Shown here in pieces: positions 19,145-30,800 of a DNA stretch of 64,000 nucleotides. The position numbers and the translations under genes are program-made. The notes under the pieces were generated by a model, which had not been told where the DNA came from, made no database searches, and saw only the letters and a program-made list of their open reading frames with translations. The first letter of the stretch is position 1. Each line of letters begins with the position of its first letter. Origin of the DNA: Promethearchaeota archaeon (GTDB lineage: Archaea; Asgardarchaeota; Lokiarchaeia; Sigyniarchaeales; SOKP01); the NCBI GenBank assembly GCA_048938005.1, contig JBHLMQ010000004.1, forward strand, positions 98,796 to 162,795, given 5' to 3'.

Positions 19145-20248
19145 CTAAACCCAACTTAAAACAATAGAATAAAAATTGAAATTAAAAATAAATCTGATAA
19201 ATATATAGGTCAGACTACAGCTAATCGGGATTAAGAGATTATCTGAAACATTAATAGGTTTGCTTGTAAAAATATCTATTATTAAAAATACAGCAGCAAA
19301 TAATAAAGCCCAAAAAACACCAATAAAAAAAAAGCAAATAAGAAAAGTTGTTATCAATCCAGCTATTGTTCCTTCCCAGGTCTTATCTTTATTCCATAAT
19401 ATATGTTTTTTTCCAAATCTTATACCAACTTGACTTGTCATCAAATCACTAATCGAACTAATACCCAAAATAGCAAAAAATACCATTGGAGAACAGGTAA
19501 ATGCTGCAAACATATGCCCAATCGCAAAATAGAGATAAGTGCCATAATTTAGTTTTTCCCTTTTAGAAAGGAATAATCTTGGAAAAATATTAAAAGGAAA
19601 ATTGAGAAAACGAGATTTTCTAGTAAACTCATTAGCAAGTATAAATAGGCATAAAACATAAAACGAGAAAAATAAAAGATAATAAAACCATCCTAATGAT
19701 AAAAAAACATCAGCAATTGAATTTGGTTCGGTTATAATTCTTAAATACAATAAAAACATATTATTTTCTTCAGGAATCATTCCAGCTGAGGTACCCGTAT
19801 AAAATCTAACAACAGAAAGTCCAATATACCAAACAATTAGAAGACCCACAAAGATTAATATATGATTGAGCTTTCGAAGAGTATCTGTTTTAGCTTTGCT
19901 CCAAATTTCAAGTTTTACTTCAAATTCAATAGTGAATTTTGAAAAATCTTTTTTAAAAATATTTTTATATAAATACGCTATTACTGTAGTGATTATAATT
20001 AAGATCCCTATAATAATTAATGGAATCAATAAGAACATAATCCATAAAGGCACGAAAACTGATTGAAGTACTATTTCCTGATTCATCAATAATAGAAATT
20101 GGGTTATATGAATAAAAACAAAAAATAAGGCATTAAACCCAAAAAAGTTATTTAAAATATCTGATTTATGTGAGAAATATAAATAATTGAAAAGAATAAG
20201 AGAAAAAGAAAATATAATTATTAAATACCAAATAAGAAAGAATTCCAT
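19145..20248 (-). CDS. Dolichol/phytol kinase-like membrane protein (paralog)
   Basis: RKLNH, SDLMTSQVGIRFG, KTWEG, SDNL motifs. Confidence 0.85.
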   Translation of the reverse strand: MEFFLIWYLIIIFSFSLILFNYLYFSHKSDILNNFFGFNALFFVFIHITQFLLLMNQEIVLQSVFVPLWIMFLLIPLIIIGILIIITTVIAYLYKNIFKKDFSKFTIEFEVKLEIWSKAKTDTLRKLNHILIFVGLLIVWYIGLSVVRFYTGTSAGMIPEENNMFLLYLRIITEPNSIADVFLSLGWFYYLLFFSFYVLCLFILANEFTRKSRFLNFPFNIFPRLFLSKREKLNYGTYLYFAIGHMFAAFTCSPMVFFAILGISSISDLMTSQVGIRFGKKHILWNKDKTWEGTIAGLITTFLICFFFIGVFWALLFAAVFLIIDIFTSKPINVSDNLLIPISCSLTYIFIRFIFNFNFYSIVLSWV

Positions 20249-20412
20249 AATTTTGATGATTTATTCGATAATTATTATATATTTGGTCATAAAAATTAAT
20301 TAAATCTATGTGTTGCAAACTCTAATGAAATTATTAATTTCAAAATAAACCACATCAAAAAATTTACAACGAAATTTATCTTATAATAAGTTAGTTTTCA
20401 AATTCCAACAGT

Positions 20413-21036
20413 GTGGAACGAATTTTGAAAAAAATTATTCTAGCTTCAAAGTCAATTGATCGAAGTGAAATCCTTAAGCGGGCAGGGATTCCATTTGAAA
20501 CATGTATTACTAATATTGATGAGGAGAAATATAAAACTAGTATTTCAAACGCGGTTGAACTTGTACAAGAACTTGCTAAAGCAAAAGCTTTATTCGCAAA
20601 AAATAAATTGTCCAAGAATAACTTAGATGCGATAATTATCGCCGCGGATACTATAGTAGAGTTAAATAGAGAAATTATCGGGAAAGCATATCATGAAGAA
20701 CAAGCATTTAAGATTCTTAAAAAATTAATGGGAAAGACTCATAAACTTATAACAGGAATAACTATCACTGAAACTAAAAACCCAAAAATAATAATCGATT
20801 CAGACACCACAATTGTTGAATTCCTTGAACTTTCTGACGAAGAAATATGGGAATATATTAAAACTAACGAATGGAAAGAAAGAGCTGGAGCTTATTCAAT
20901 AATGGATAAGGCAAGTTTGTTTATAAACAAAATAAATGGTTCATCCTCCAATGTAATAGGTTTACCTATGCATAAAATTTATAAAATTTTAAGAAAAGAA
21001 TTTGGATTAAATTTATTTCAAATCGAGAGTATGTAA
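20413..21036 (+). CDS. maf: Maf-family nucleotide pyrophosphatase
   Basis: IILASKS..R, AADT, AGAY, NVIGLP. Confidence 0.92.
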   Translation: MERILKKIILASKSIDRSEILKRAGIPFETCITNIDEEKYKTSISNAVELVQELAKAKALFAKNKLSKNNLDAIIIAADTIVELNREIIGKAYHEEQAFKILKKLMGKTHKLITGITITETKNPKIIIDSDTTIVEFLELSDEEIWEYIKTNEWKERAGAYSIMDKASLFINKINGSSSNVIGLPMHKIYKILRKEFGLNLFQIESM

Positions 21037-21044
21037 TTTAAACT

Positions 21045-21623
21045 ATGGTTAAACTCAATATTTGTGTGGGTTCTTTAAACCCTACGAAAGTAAATGCCGT
21101 AAAAGCAGCATTTAGTAGATATTTTAAGAATTTTAAGGTCTATAACATTAAAGCAGATTCAAAGGTACCGAATCAACCAATTGGATTAAAAAGTATCATT
21201 GAGGGAGCAATTAGCAGAGCCACACATTCACTAAATTATATTATTTGTAAAAAAAGGATTCTACATAATATATTTGGCGTTGGAATTGAAGCGGGACTTG
21301 CAGAGGTACCCTATACTAAAACAGGGTTTATGGATTTCCAATTTTGTGCTATTATTAATGAAGGAAAAAAAATTTCTTTAGGGGCCGGTGTTGCATTCGA
21401 ATATCCAAAGTTTGTGATAGATCAAATTTTAAAAGATCAAAATAAAGAAATTGGTGAAATTATAGGAAAGTTAGCAGGAAATGAAAATTTAAAAAACGAA
21501 TCAGGAGCTATCAGTTTTTTAAGTAAAAATAACATTACAAGAACAGAAATCCTAACTAAAGCCATTATTTGTGCATTACTTCCCTTTATTAACGAAGATT
21601 TGTATAATATTACCGAAAAGTAA
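21045..21623 (+). CDS. Inosine/xanthosine triphosphatase (YjjX family)
   Basis: VGSLNPTKV, QPIG, GVGIEAG, GAISFLS...TR. Confidence 0.9.
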   Translation: MVKLNICVGSLNPTKVNAVKAAFSRYFKNFKVYNIKADSKVPNQPIGLKSIIEGAISRATHSLNYIICKKRILHNIFGVGIEAGLAEVPYTKTGFMDFQFCAIINEGKKISLGAGVAFEYPKFVIDQILKDQNKEIGEIIGKLAGNENLKNESGAISFLSKNNITRTEILTKAIICALLPFINEDLYNITEK

Positions 21624-21643
21624 AAAGAGAAAAATAATTGAGC

Positions 21644-21814
21644 TTAATCTTCTGAAAACGCCTTCCAAACTTTTAAATCTTCATAAAATTTTAAGATTTT
21701 CTCAAATCTAGAAATCAAATTATCATAATAATCATGATCAGCATACTTCCTCTTAGACAGCTCTTTTGCGATTGCAATTCCATTTTTATAACGCGATATT
21801 TTTTCCTCAATCAC
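21644..21814 (-). CDS. Small hypothetical helical-hairpin protein (56 aa)
   Basis: GTG start: VIEEKISRYKNGIAIAKELSKRKYADHDYYDNLISRFEKILKFYEDLKVWKAFSED; fills an intergenic gap; below ORF-track cutoff. Confidence 0.5.
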   Translation of the reverse strand: MIEEKISRYKNGIAIAKELSKRKYADHDYYDNLISRFEKILKFYEDLKVWKAFSED

Positions 21815-21888
21815 ATTTCTTTTTCATTTATATTGTTATATAAAACACAAAAATATCGCGGTAATATCACTAGGTAAAAAACATTTTA

Positions 21889-22833
21889 TTATTTTAATGA
21901 GAGAATTTTATCCAAATCCACTTTTTTTACATTTAATAACTCTGATTCTGGTAATCTTTCTGTAAGTAAGCACCAATTTTTATCTTTCTTAAATATTTCT
22001 TTAAATATTTCTAGCGCTTCATCCATTCTATTATTATTTGCTAATGATATAGCTGTCCAATACCTCATTTCAAGATTTTCTGGAAACATTTCCATGGAAG
22101 CATTGTATTCTTCAAGTGCCTTACTCATATCACCTTGTTCAATAGCAAGATCACCATTATTCATATGCTCATAGGCACGCCACACTTTCAATAATCTACC
22201 AATTTCTTTTAATGGTTCTAAATGATCCTCTACTCTAAGATCAATGATAGGATCATCCCATTTATTTTCTGGTGCCTCACCAGCAACCACCAGCAATGCA
22301 GCAGATTGTTTACCTCTTATATCTCCACCAACTGATTCAGCAGCTTCTAAGCATTTGATTATACGTTCTGGTAAAGGTAAATTTTTAAAATTTTTATAAG
22401 CATCTGCCATAGCGGACCATACTTTATCAGAAAGCATCATATTTGCTTGAACAGAAAAATTCTCGCCTTTTATGTGACCAGCATGCTTTATACATTTTGA
22501 TCCTGTATGTGTAGCCACCCTTCCTTGAGTATCCAAAATAGAAACTTGTCTTACATCTCTCCCATCATCATCTGAGAGAAGTATGTCTATAGCTTCTTGA
22601 GGTGATTTACCTTGCCTTAAGATATCAAGTCCTCGTAGTCCAAAAGATTTATTAACAAGCGACTGGGTAGCGACTACTCCAATCCCTGCCTCTCCCCATG
22701 AAACGACACTCCCCACAGAAAACCAATGACTTTGTACACCAACACCCATTTTTCCAGTTTCAGGGTCTCTAGCAACAATAGAGTAAGTATTAGCGAAAAT
22801 GTTATAATTGGATTGATTAAACTTTGGAATCAT
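21889..22833 (-). CDS. DUF1028 Ntn-hydrolase-like protein with C-terminal TPR
   Basis: TYSIVARD, GVVATQ, GGDIRGKQSAA, DLRVEDH; TPR-like helices. Confidence 0.9.
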   Translation of the reverse strand: MIPKFNQSNYNIFANTYSIVARDPETGKMGVGVQSHWFSVGSVVSWGEAGIGVVATQSLVNKSFGLRGLDILRQGKSPQEAIDILLSDDDGRDVRQVSILDTQGRVATHTGSKCIKHAGHIKGENFSVQANMMLSDKVWSAMADAYKNFKNLPLPERIIKCLEAAESVGGDIRGKQSAALLVVAGEAPENKWDDPIIDLRVEDHLEPLKEIGRLLKVWRAYEHMNNGDLAIEQGDMSKALEEYNASMEMFPENLEMRYWTAISLANNNRMDEALEIFKEIFKKDKNWCLLTERLPESELLNVKKVDLDKILSLK

Positions 22834-22973
22834 AATTAGAGATTGGTTTAAATGTTAATTAAATTTTTATAATTCGCTTTTATTACTATTGATATTTCTA
22901 AACGAAAAAAATTAAATTCTTTTATAATTTAAAAACTTAATAAAAATTATTACTTCAATTAAGATGATAAAAA

Positions 22974-23312
22974 ATGGCTAAAAAATACAAAAATGAGCAA
23001 TTAATGAAGTTCTTGGTTATAATCGGCGCCATTGTAGGTTTAATTACATTAATCTTAGGGCTCGCTCATATCCAGAATTATGCATATGTTGATCCAGTAT
23101 TTACAACACTAGGTGAAATTGTTAATTTCATAATTGGTTTGGTAATAGTTGTTTTAACATTTTTGGTTGCACTAAGACCAAACAACCCAATCCCATTTCA
23201 TTGGCTTGTTTTCATTATATTAGCAGTTTTATTAGTACTGTTTGGTGCAGGAATTTGGGCGTGTGTTTTATTAATTATTGCTGGTCTAATTGGGATAATA
23301 GAAGTTTTATAA
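22974..23312 (+). CDS. Small multi-pass membrane protein
   Basis: About 4 hydrophobic helices. Confidence 0.7.
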   Translation: MAKKYKNEQLMKFLVIIGAIVGLITLILGLAHIQNYAYVDPVFTTLGEIVNFIIGLVIVVLTFLVALRPNNPIPFHWLVFIILAVLLVLFGAGIWACVLLIIAGLIGIIEVL

Positions 23313-23359
23313 GAAGTAGATTCTAAATCAAAATTTAATTTATAATTTTTTTTACTTTT

Positions 23360-24232
23360 CTAAGATTCTGCATTTTCAAGAAAGTATGCAATAATTTCCT
23401 CAGCAATGTTAATATCTGTAACTTTTTGTAATGCAGTAAATCCAGGTATGGAATTAACTTCCAATACAGTAAATCCCTTTTCACTCTCAATTATATCCAC
23501 TCCAGCAATTTCCGTTTTAGTGATCTCTGCTGCTTTAATAGCAAGACTTTTTATTTCATTGGTTATTTCTATGGGTTCTGCTCTTGCACCAGCATAGATA
23601 TTTGTTTTCCAATCGTTGCCCACTCTATACATACCGGCAACAACTTTATTTCCCAATACTAAAATCCGAATATCTCGATTGTAATGCTCAACAAATTCTT
23701 GCAGATAAAAAATTTGGTTTACCTGACTTAATGAATAAATAATATTTTCAGCAAAACCTTTATCATTCAATCTAGTTATTCCTATTCCCTTTGAACCATA
23801 TAGGGGTTTTAGGACACAATCTCCTCCTAATTCATCAAACGCTTCTAAAGCTTTATGGGGATCTTCGCATATTACTGTTCTTGGAGTAGGTATTTGGTAT
23901 TTTTCCAAAAATATTGATGTTAAAAATTTATCACTTGCGATTTCTAACGATTCTCTCGAATTAATCAGTTTTACATCATATTCTTCTATTGCTCTTAAAA
24001 TATCTAATCTAAAAAAGATTTTCTGAGTAGCTGCTGCTCCAAACCCTCTTACAAGAGCTGCTTTGGGTTCAAGTGCCTCAAACTGTTCGGAAAATTTATG
24101 TTGGAAACCGATTCCCACTTTAACGGTTGAGGGAATGAAGTATTGAACCTTGTATCCACGTTTTTTAAACTCATTGGAAAGAATTTGGATTTCTGGGTCT
24201 TTTGAATAAGGAGTTATTATCATCGATTTCAT
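23360..24232 (-). CDS. RimK-family ATP-grasp glutamate ligase (MptN/CofF-like)
   Basis: VLKPLYGSKGIG, YLQEF, DIR, WKTN, GVD, LEVNSIPG. Confidence 0.9.
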   Translation of the reverse strand: MKSMIITPYSKDPEIQILSNEFKKRGYKVQYFIPSTVKVGIGFQHKFSEQFEALEPKAALVRGFGAAATQKIFFRLDILRAIEEYDVKLINSRESLEIASDKFLTSIFLEKYQIPTPRTVICEDPHKALEAFDELGGDCVLKPLYGSKGIGITRLNDKGFAENIIYSLSQVNQIFYLQEFVEHYNRDIRILVLGNKVVAGMYRVGNDWKTNIYAGARAEPIEITNEIKSLAIKAAEITKTEIAGVDIIESEKGFTVLEVNSIPGFTALQKVTDINIAEEIIAYFLENAES

Positions 24233-24313
24233 CTTAATTTCACTTTAAAATAAATTACTTAATTACTCTATAGCACTAATTTTTAAATAAATTTAAGTTC
24301 TTATAAAATATAT

Positions 24314-24943
24314 ATGAAATCAATGGATCCTAAAGACACTGAAAATGAAATTGAGAAATTATCACATATGTTAAGTAAGATACAAAATATATACTATAAA
24401 AAAAACGAACAACTTGAAGAATTACAATCAGAAATAAGTGAATTAAGAGAAGTGTTAAATTTCTTAAACTCACTTATATCAGGTAAATCCTTTCATAGTG
24501 CAGATGAGGTTTATTCAAAAACATTGTTTAAAAAAACAGTTCCTTCCCTTGAAGAACAATATTTTGTAGAAGAACTTCCTAAAGAGAGAGTTGAAGGAAC
24601 AAATATCAAAAGAAAAATTTATTCTAAAAGCACGGATAAAGATGAGGAATTATTATCCATCTTGAATTTTTTTGATATGAATAGAGTTGAGATTAAAATT
24701 ATTAACCCAAAAAAGATATCATTGAAAGAAACATCTGAAGATTTCATACGTACTTTTATAAAGGGAGCCTTAATTAAAATTAAAGAAAATAATCCTAATA
24801 TGAATCTGAAATATGATTATTTTAAGGATTCAGAATATATAGAGAAAATTACTATAACTCAACTCACATCAATAAAAGAATATGATATAATTACTTCAAA
24901 AATGAGAGAACTCTTAGCCAAAGAAATCAAATCGGATGGTTAA
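24314..24943 (+). CDS. Hypothetical protein with N-terminal coiled coil
   Basis: Heptad-rich first 55 aa. Confidence 0.65.
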   Translation: MKSMDPKDTENEIEKLSHMLSKIQNIYYKKNEQLEELQSEISELREVLNFLNSLISGKSFHSADEVYSKTLFKKTVPSLEEQYFVEELPKERVEGTNIKRKIYSKSTDKDEELLSILNFFDMNRVEIKIINPKKISLKETSEDFIRTFIKGALIKIKENNPNMNLKYDYFKDSEYIEKITITQLTSIKEYDIITSKMRELLAKEIKSDG

Positions 24944-25110
24944 ATTTTATATTAAATCTTAGAATTATGAGAAGGATTCATATAAACTGATTCTATTTAG
25001 AACCAAAATATTATATTGAGATAATATATTGTTTAATTAAAATAGGAAAAATTAATTATTCAAAAATTCTTATTTATTTTAACATATCTACCATAAGAAG
25101 TGTAATAATT

Positions 25111-25923
25111 TTGGCAAAGAAAAAATCTTGGCTACAAATGCCAATTGTCCACTCGAAATTTCACGATGAAAAATTAGAGAGCGTTTTGATTAAGAAATCT
25201 ATAGATTTTTTAACTGGTGAAAAAGGTGAAGCACCATCTTTTTTATTCCTTTCAGGAGCTTTTTTTGATGTAAAATCATTCGCTTACTCTGGACTAAGAG
25301 CTTGGAAAGGTGCTGTAAAGCCATCAGAAGATAATGGAGGGAGAAGGCCTGTTTTAGAAGCTACTTTTGCTTCTTTATCTGTTTATTTAAGCTCATTATT
25401 AGCGCTTCAAGCAGATTTTTATTTTGCGTATGATGAAATTAAAGATATATTATTAGAAAAAAAAAGAGAGGATCTCTGGACTATTGTCTCAGAAAAATTA
25501 CCATTCATTTCTATACCTCCAAAAGAAATGTATGGGTCCCAAGTATCTCCAATCTCACCTTATTTCGTAATTAAACAAGATGAAGATTTAACACTAGGAG
25601 AAATTTACCCATCAACATATTTATCTCAAATAATTAAGAACATTAAAACGAGATTTTTCGTTTTCTTCCAATTCCAAGGTTACTCTGCTTTTGGATTTTT
25701 TAATGCATTACCAGAACTTTCAAAATTTGGGTTTGAGGAGCACGCAAGAGATTTTAATGAAGACCCCACAGCAGAAAATTTAATAAAATATTCAAAAAAT
25801 GCAAAAAATGTTAAAGAAATACTAATAGCACTTATACATTCTCATAATAATGCTTTACTCGAACAATTTCTAATACCTGATTATGAATTATTGTTAAATA
25901 AATTATTAGAAGGTGAAGCATAG
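25111..25923 (+). CDS. Hypothetical protein co-transcribed with small GTPase
   Basis: 270-aa ORF ending 3 nt before the GTPase start. Confidence 0.65.
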   Translation: MAKKKSWLQMPIVHSKFHDEKLESVLIKKSIDFLTGEKGEAPSFLFLSGAFFDVKSFAYSGLRAWKGAVKPSEDNGGRRPVLEATFASLSVYLSSLLALQADFYFAYDEIKDILLEKKREDLWTIVSEKLPFISIPPKEMYGSQVSPISPYFVIKQDEDLTLGEIYPSTYLSQIIKNIKTRFFVFFQFQGYSAFGFFNALPELSKFGFEEHARDFNEDPTAENLIKYSKNAKNVKEILIALIHSHNNALLEQFLIPDYELLLNKLLEGEA

Positions 25924-25926
25924 AAA

Positions 25927-26562
25927 ATGGTAAACATTGGGCTTTTGGGTGACGTAAGTGTTGGAAAAACAAGTATCCTTAGATTATTCGTTAGATATTT
26001 AAAAAAGGGTGACATTGAAAAGGTTAAAGGCGGAACAAAATGCTCAGTTGTTAAAGCTGATTTTTCTGGAGAGGCGACTGTTCCTGGAGGTGAAAAAGAA
26101 GATACACTAGATGAAAAAGAAACAAAAACAATTCATCCAAATAGAATTGTTTTTAGGGAAGATGCAACAAATAAAGCACATACTATTTTTGCGCCAGGTG
26201 GTGACAGATCTAGGGCTGTAGTAAAGATGGGAATCATTACAATATCCCGTATCGCAACACAAATAATAGCTGTTTTCTCATGTGATAGAGATTTAAAAAG
26301 ACAATTTGAGTTCTTTAATGATGTACGATTTTTTCCTGACAAAATCTATGTCTGTATCAATAAAGTTGATCTGGTTGAAGGGGATAGAGATAAAACACTT
26401 GAAGAGGTAAAGTCACAGATTAGTGATTTTTTTGGAGCTAGGAAAATAGCTATTAATGACACTTTTATTACTTGCGGTGAAACGGTTGAGGGATTTGAGG
26501 ATGTTGAGACATTTAATAACCAAGTTGCAGAAATGATTTTAGAAATTACTACAAAACATTAA
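25927..26562 (+). CDS. Divergent small GTPase (Ras-superfamily/MglA-like)
   Basis: G1 GDVSVGKT, atypical G3 FAPGG, G4 NKVD. Confidence 0.82.
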   Translation: MVNIGLLGDVSVGKTSILRLFVRYLKKGDIEKVKGGTKCSVVKADFSGEATVPGGEKEDTLDEKETKTIHPNRIVFREDATNKAHTIFAPGGDRSRAVVKMGIITISRIATQIIAVFSCDRDLKRQFEFFNDVRFFPDKIYVCINKVDLVEGDRDKTLEEVKSQISDFFGARKIAINDTFITCGETVEGFEDVETFNNQVAEMILEITTKH

Positions 26563-26607
26563 AATTTTTATGCTTTTGCTTTTCAGAAATATATATTGAC
26601 TTATTTT

Positions 26608-27123
26608 TTAGTTTTTCAATTTTAAAGCAATTTTCAAAAATAATTTTTCTAAATCTAATAAGTATCCAATTAATGGCGTCAAACTGACTCTATTCGAAGT
26701 CTTTTCAAAAGTAACAAAACCCATTTTTTTTAAATCTTTGAGATCTTCAATCACACCTTTTTTTTTCCTTATTTCTTTTATTTTTTTGATAGTTGTTTCA
26801 CCAGAACTATTAAAGCAACATATCAAGGTACAATATAGAGTTGCTGCTAATCTAGGATTTCCCTCAAATGGATTTGCTGAAATGATTTCAGTAGTTTCGG
26901 GATCAAAAGATATATACCAATAAGAATTCAGGGGATTAAATCTAACTTGAAGGCCCAAGGGCTCAAGATAATTCGATAAGTTATTAATTAAATTTTGAAA
27001 ATAAATTGATTTATTCCTATTTTTAACATTTAACGCATTAAGGATCTCTTCTTTAGTAGCGCCTATTTGAGAATCATTTGATTTTTTACCTAGAAAATGC
27101 ATCAAAACGGTTAATTCATTCAC
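26608..27123 (-). CDS. KITE (tandem winged-helix) SMC subunit, Nse1/ScpB-like
   Basis: LINNLSNYLEPLGLQVRF and DLKDLKKMGFV...VSLTP winged-helix patterns; follows kleisin and smc. Confidence 0.7.
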   Translation of the reverse strand: MNELTVLMHFLGKKSNDSQIGATKEEILNALNVKNRNKSIYFQNLINNLSNYLEPLGLQVRFNPLNSYWYISFDPETTEIISANPFEGNPRLAATLYCTLICCFNSSGETTIKKIKEIRKKKGVIEDLKDLKKMGFVTFEKTSNRVSLTPLIGYLLDLEKLFLKIALKLKN

Positions 27124-27139
27124 TTTTTAATCAACTCTT

Positions 27140-27787
27140 TCATAAATATAAAAAATTTGTTTCTTTTTGATATTTTATTTTACCTAACTGAAGAAGGTGT
27201 AAAAGATATACAAAATTTTCAAAAATTTTTATTTGATCATACTCATCTTCGAAAATCTCGTCATATGAACACGGTAATTTATTTTTAATTATATTGAAGA
27301 ATAACATCATTTTTTCAGTAAATTTCTTTGTAGGTATTTCTAATAAAAAACTTTCTTTTGAAACTATTTTATCAATGGATTCAATAATAAGGGGTTCCCC
27401 TTTTGGGGTAACCAATTTATCTTTCGAATATTCAAGAAATTTCAAGGAAAGAACATCAATGATAAATGGTTCTCTCCAACAATCATCAAATAATTGATAA
27501 ATTTCTTTATCTTTTGGATTTGTCTTTATAAGGTCAAAGAATTTCTCTTTATTATCTAAGTAACTGAGGAATATTTTTAATTCTTCAAATTTTTGGTATA
27601 GTAGTTGAAATGCATCATTATATGTCATGGAATACTTATTTATATTATATATATTAAGAGAATCTTTCAAATCCTCAAAAATTGAAACTAGTTCTATATC
27701 TAACAATGAAACCTCTCCTGAAAGGACTTTATTTTTAATGCTTTCAATCTTTTTATTTATTTCTTCAGAGAAATCTTGATATTCCAT
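27140..27787 (-). CDS. Kleisin (ScpA/Nse4-like)
   Basis: N-terminal LLDIELVSI; C-terminal FVYLLHLLQLGKIKYQ winged-helix kleisin motif. Confidence 0.8.
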   Translation of the reverse strand: MEYQDFSEEINKKIESIKNKVLSGEVSLLDIELVSIFEDLKDSLNIYNINKYSMTYNDAFQLLYQKFEELKIFLSYLDNKEKFFDLIKTNPKDKEIYQLFDDCWREPFIIDVLSLKFLEYSKDKLVTPKGEPLIIESIDKIVSKESFLLEIPTKKFTEKMMLFFNIIKNKLPCSYDEIFEDEYDQIKIFENFVYLLHLLQLGKIKYQKETNFLYL

Positions 27788-27800
27788 TATATATCATAAA

Positions 27801-30800
27801 TTATTTCTTTTTTACAATTTTTGGTCTAAATACTGAGGAAATCTCATTCTTACCTACTCTTGCAATTCCGATTAGTTTTTCTGCTAATAAAAATAATGAA
27901 TTTGAAGATTTTGGTAAGAACATGAACATTTGTATTGGATTCTGCTCGAGAGTTGATTTAATTAATTGATATACCACTTCGGAATTTTTTTCATCCAAAA
28001 ACATTCCTGGTTCATCGAGCAAACAAAGTGAAGATGGTTTAATCTCTTGAAGAGATAGAATTAAACAGATTGATATCAAAGAAACTTGGCCACCGCTTAG
28101 AGCACTAAATGATTTCAATTGTTCTTTTGAGGTGGCTGCTTTAATATTGACCCCTAAATCTTCAAAATTGCTTGTTAATTCAAGTGAACAATAAGATTTA
28201 ATCTGGGAATCTTGGAATTTTTGATTAACTCCGTTTTGAAGATTTTCAAGTAAAACACTAAATTTTTCATAATATGTTTTTTCCATCTTATTTTCCGTTT
28301 TAATTGCTGCTTTCACATCTTTTTCCAAATCTTTTTGATTTTTAGATATTTCGTTAAGTGTTACCAATATCTGATCTTTTTCAATCAGAATTGAGTCATC
28401 AACATCCAAATATTTGATTAATTCTTTATCTATTTCTGAAATATCTGCTTTAATATCTTCTATGGGACGAATTTTAAATATTTCTTCTGAAACTAAAGGA
28501 CTTATTTCAGAATTAATTCGAGCTAAATCATTTCTTTTTAATTCCAGCTCTTGATTATAAGCATTTAATTTGATATTTTCTTGTTCAAATTTTATTGTTA
28601 TTTGGATATTCTTTCTTTCTAATTCACTTTTTTTATTTTGTAGTTGTAACATTTCTTCTTTTAAATCTGAAATCTCGTTTTCAGTGATTTTAAGTTCTTC
28701 TTCCACATTCTCTAGTTGTCGATACACTTCGAACGCTGTTTTATCTGCTTTTTGAAAATCCTCTTTCTTTGTTTCGAATTCCTTCTGTATTGAATCCTTT
28801 TCATAAGTATGCTTATTTATTTTATCTTTTACTTGTTTTAGAATATCATCATTCTCACTTAATTTTGTGTCCCATTTTTTCTTTTCTTCATTAAGTTTAA
28901 TTAATTCATTAGGAATTTCTTTTATCCTATCACTCCACTTGAAAAATTCGGGATCTGTTTGAGATTTTAAATCTTTAATTTGAAGCTCTAGTTCTGTAAT
29001 TTCATTTTTTATTGCTGTATTAATCTTCTCTAATTCATGCATTTGATCATATAATTGATTTTTTTTAGAGGTAATTCTTTGTTTTTGGTTAAAATTATAG
29101 AGAAGATCATTAAAAGATTCTTTCTTTTTAAATATTGATTGTTGGATAGTATCAAATTTTGATTGCTTAACTCTCAGTTCTGAAATTCTATCATTCAACG
29201 ATTTGATCTCAGCCTCTAATATATCAGATTGCTCCTTTTGTGTACCAGCACTTAATAATCCTTTCAATCTTTTAAGATAAGGTGTTTCATATACATATTT
29301 ATAAGAAATTATTTGTTCTCCTTTTAATGTAACACATTTTCCTTTAAAGTCATGTGTACTATAAAGTTCTCTTCCAGAACGATAATCATTTACAACAAGA
29401 CAATTCTTAACCTTTGAATAAATTACTTTTTTAATATCAATATCATCATTGATGATTTCAATCAGTTCTGCTAAATAACCAAGGACGCCGCTAGCAGAAA
29501 TTTTTAGCATAGGCTTAAGAGTGACATTTTTAGGTAAATAAATATTACAATATGCTCCATATTTTTCTTTTAATCTTTTTAATAAGTTTAAAGTGTCCCA
29601 ATCTCTAGCTACAAAGCTGTAAAGTAATTTTTCACCTAGAACTGATTCGATAGCATAGCTTAATTGATCCTTATATTTCAAATAATCGATAATTGGTCCT
29701 TTTACTTTTAAACCTCTTTTATTTATTTCATCCTTGAGAATAGTTATATTTGAAGGAAGAACTACACGCCGTTCTCTAAGTGAAGCCTGTAAGACTTTTA
29801 ACTTTTTGAATTTTTTAGATATAACGATTTCTAATTGTTTTATCTCTGAGTCTATATCATATACTTTTAACGAGGTTCGTTTAAGTTCCCTATCAAGCTG
29901 AGTTAGTAAATCTTTGGTCGGATTTTCTAAGAACCATTTATTTTTTTCCAATTTATGTTCAATATCTTTAAAACTTTGAAATAATTGATTAATCTCATTA
30001 TTGTATGCTTTTATTGAGTTCTCATTCTCTTGAATTTTTGCTAATCTCTCTTCTTTCTCAAGATTTAATTTATTATAATTATCCAAAAGAGTTTTATTCT
30101 GTTTTATTTTTTTTATTAATTGGTCCTGCTCTGTTATTAATTTATCAATTAGCAGTCCAGCATTTTTGCTTTCTCTTTTTATTATTTTTATTTCGTTATC
30201 TAAGTTATCTTTCTGTTTCTCAAAATTAATAATAACTTCTTTAAGCTCATCAATCTTATCTGATAACTTATCTAGCTCTTGCTTTGCGGATATTTTTTCT
30301 TTTTGCCAATTTTGAATTTTAGCGATTAAATCTTGCTTTTTATAACTTAATTCTCCTACTTGCTTTGAAAGTTCATTTATATTTTTTTCCTTATGTGAAA
30401 TTTTATTCAATATGGTAGTTATTTCTTTATCGGAACTATCCTTTTTTTTCTTGATTCCTTCAATAACTAATTTAACGTTTTTGATTATCTCTTCAAAATT
30501 AATGATTTCTTTTTCTAATTTATCCCTATTTGCCCATAAAAGTTCATCATTGAATTTATTCCTTATTTCTAACAATTTGTTCTTTTGTTTTAAACGCTCA
30601 AGTTTTGGGTTTAATAATTCCAAGCTAATATTTAATGTGTTTTTTCTACTTTTTAGTGATTGAAGATCATTATTCAAGTTTAATACATTGCTTTTTTGCT
30701 GTAATATTTCATCTCTCAACTCTCTTAGTCCAATACCTTCTTCTAGAAATGAACATAATTCTGTTGGTCTTAAACTTTTAATTGCATCAATTTTTCCTTG

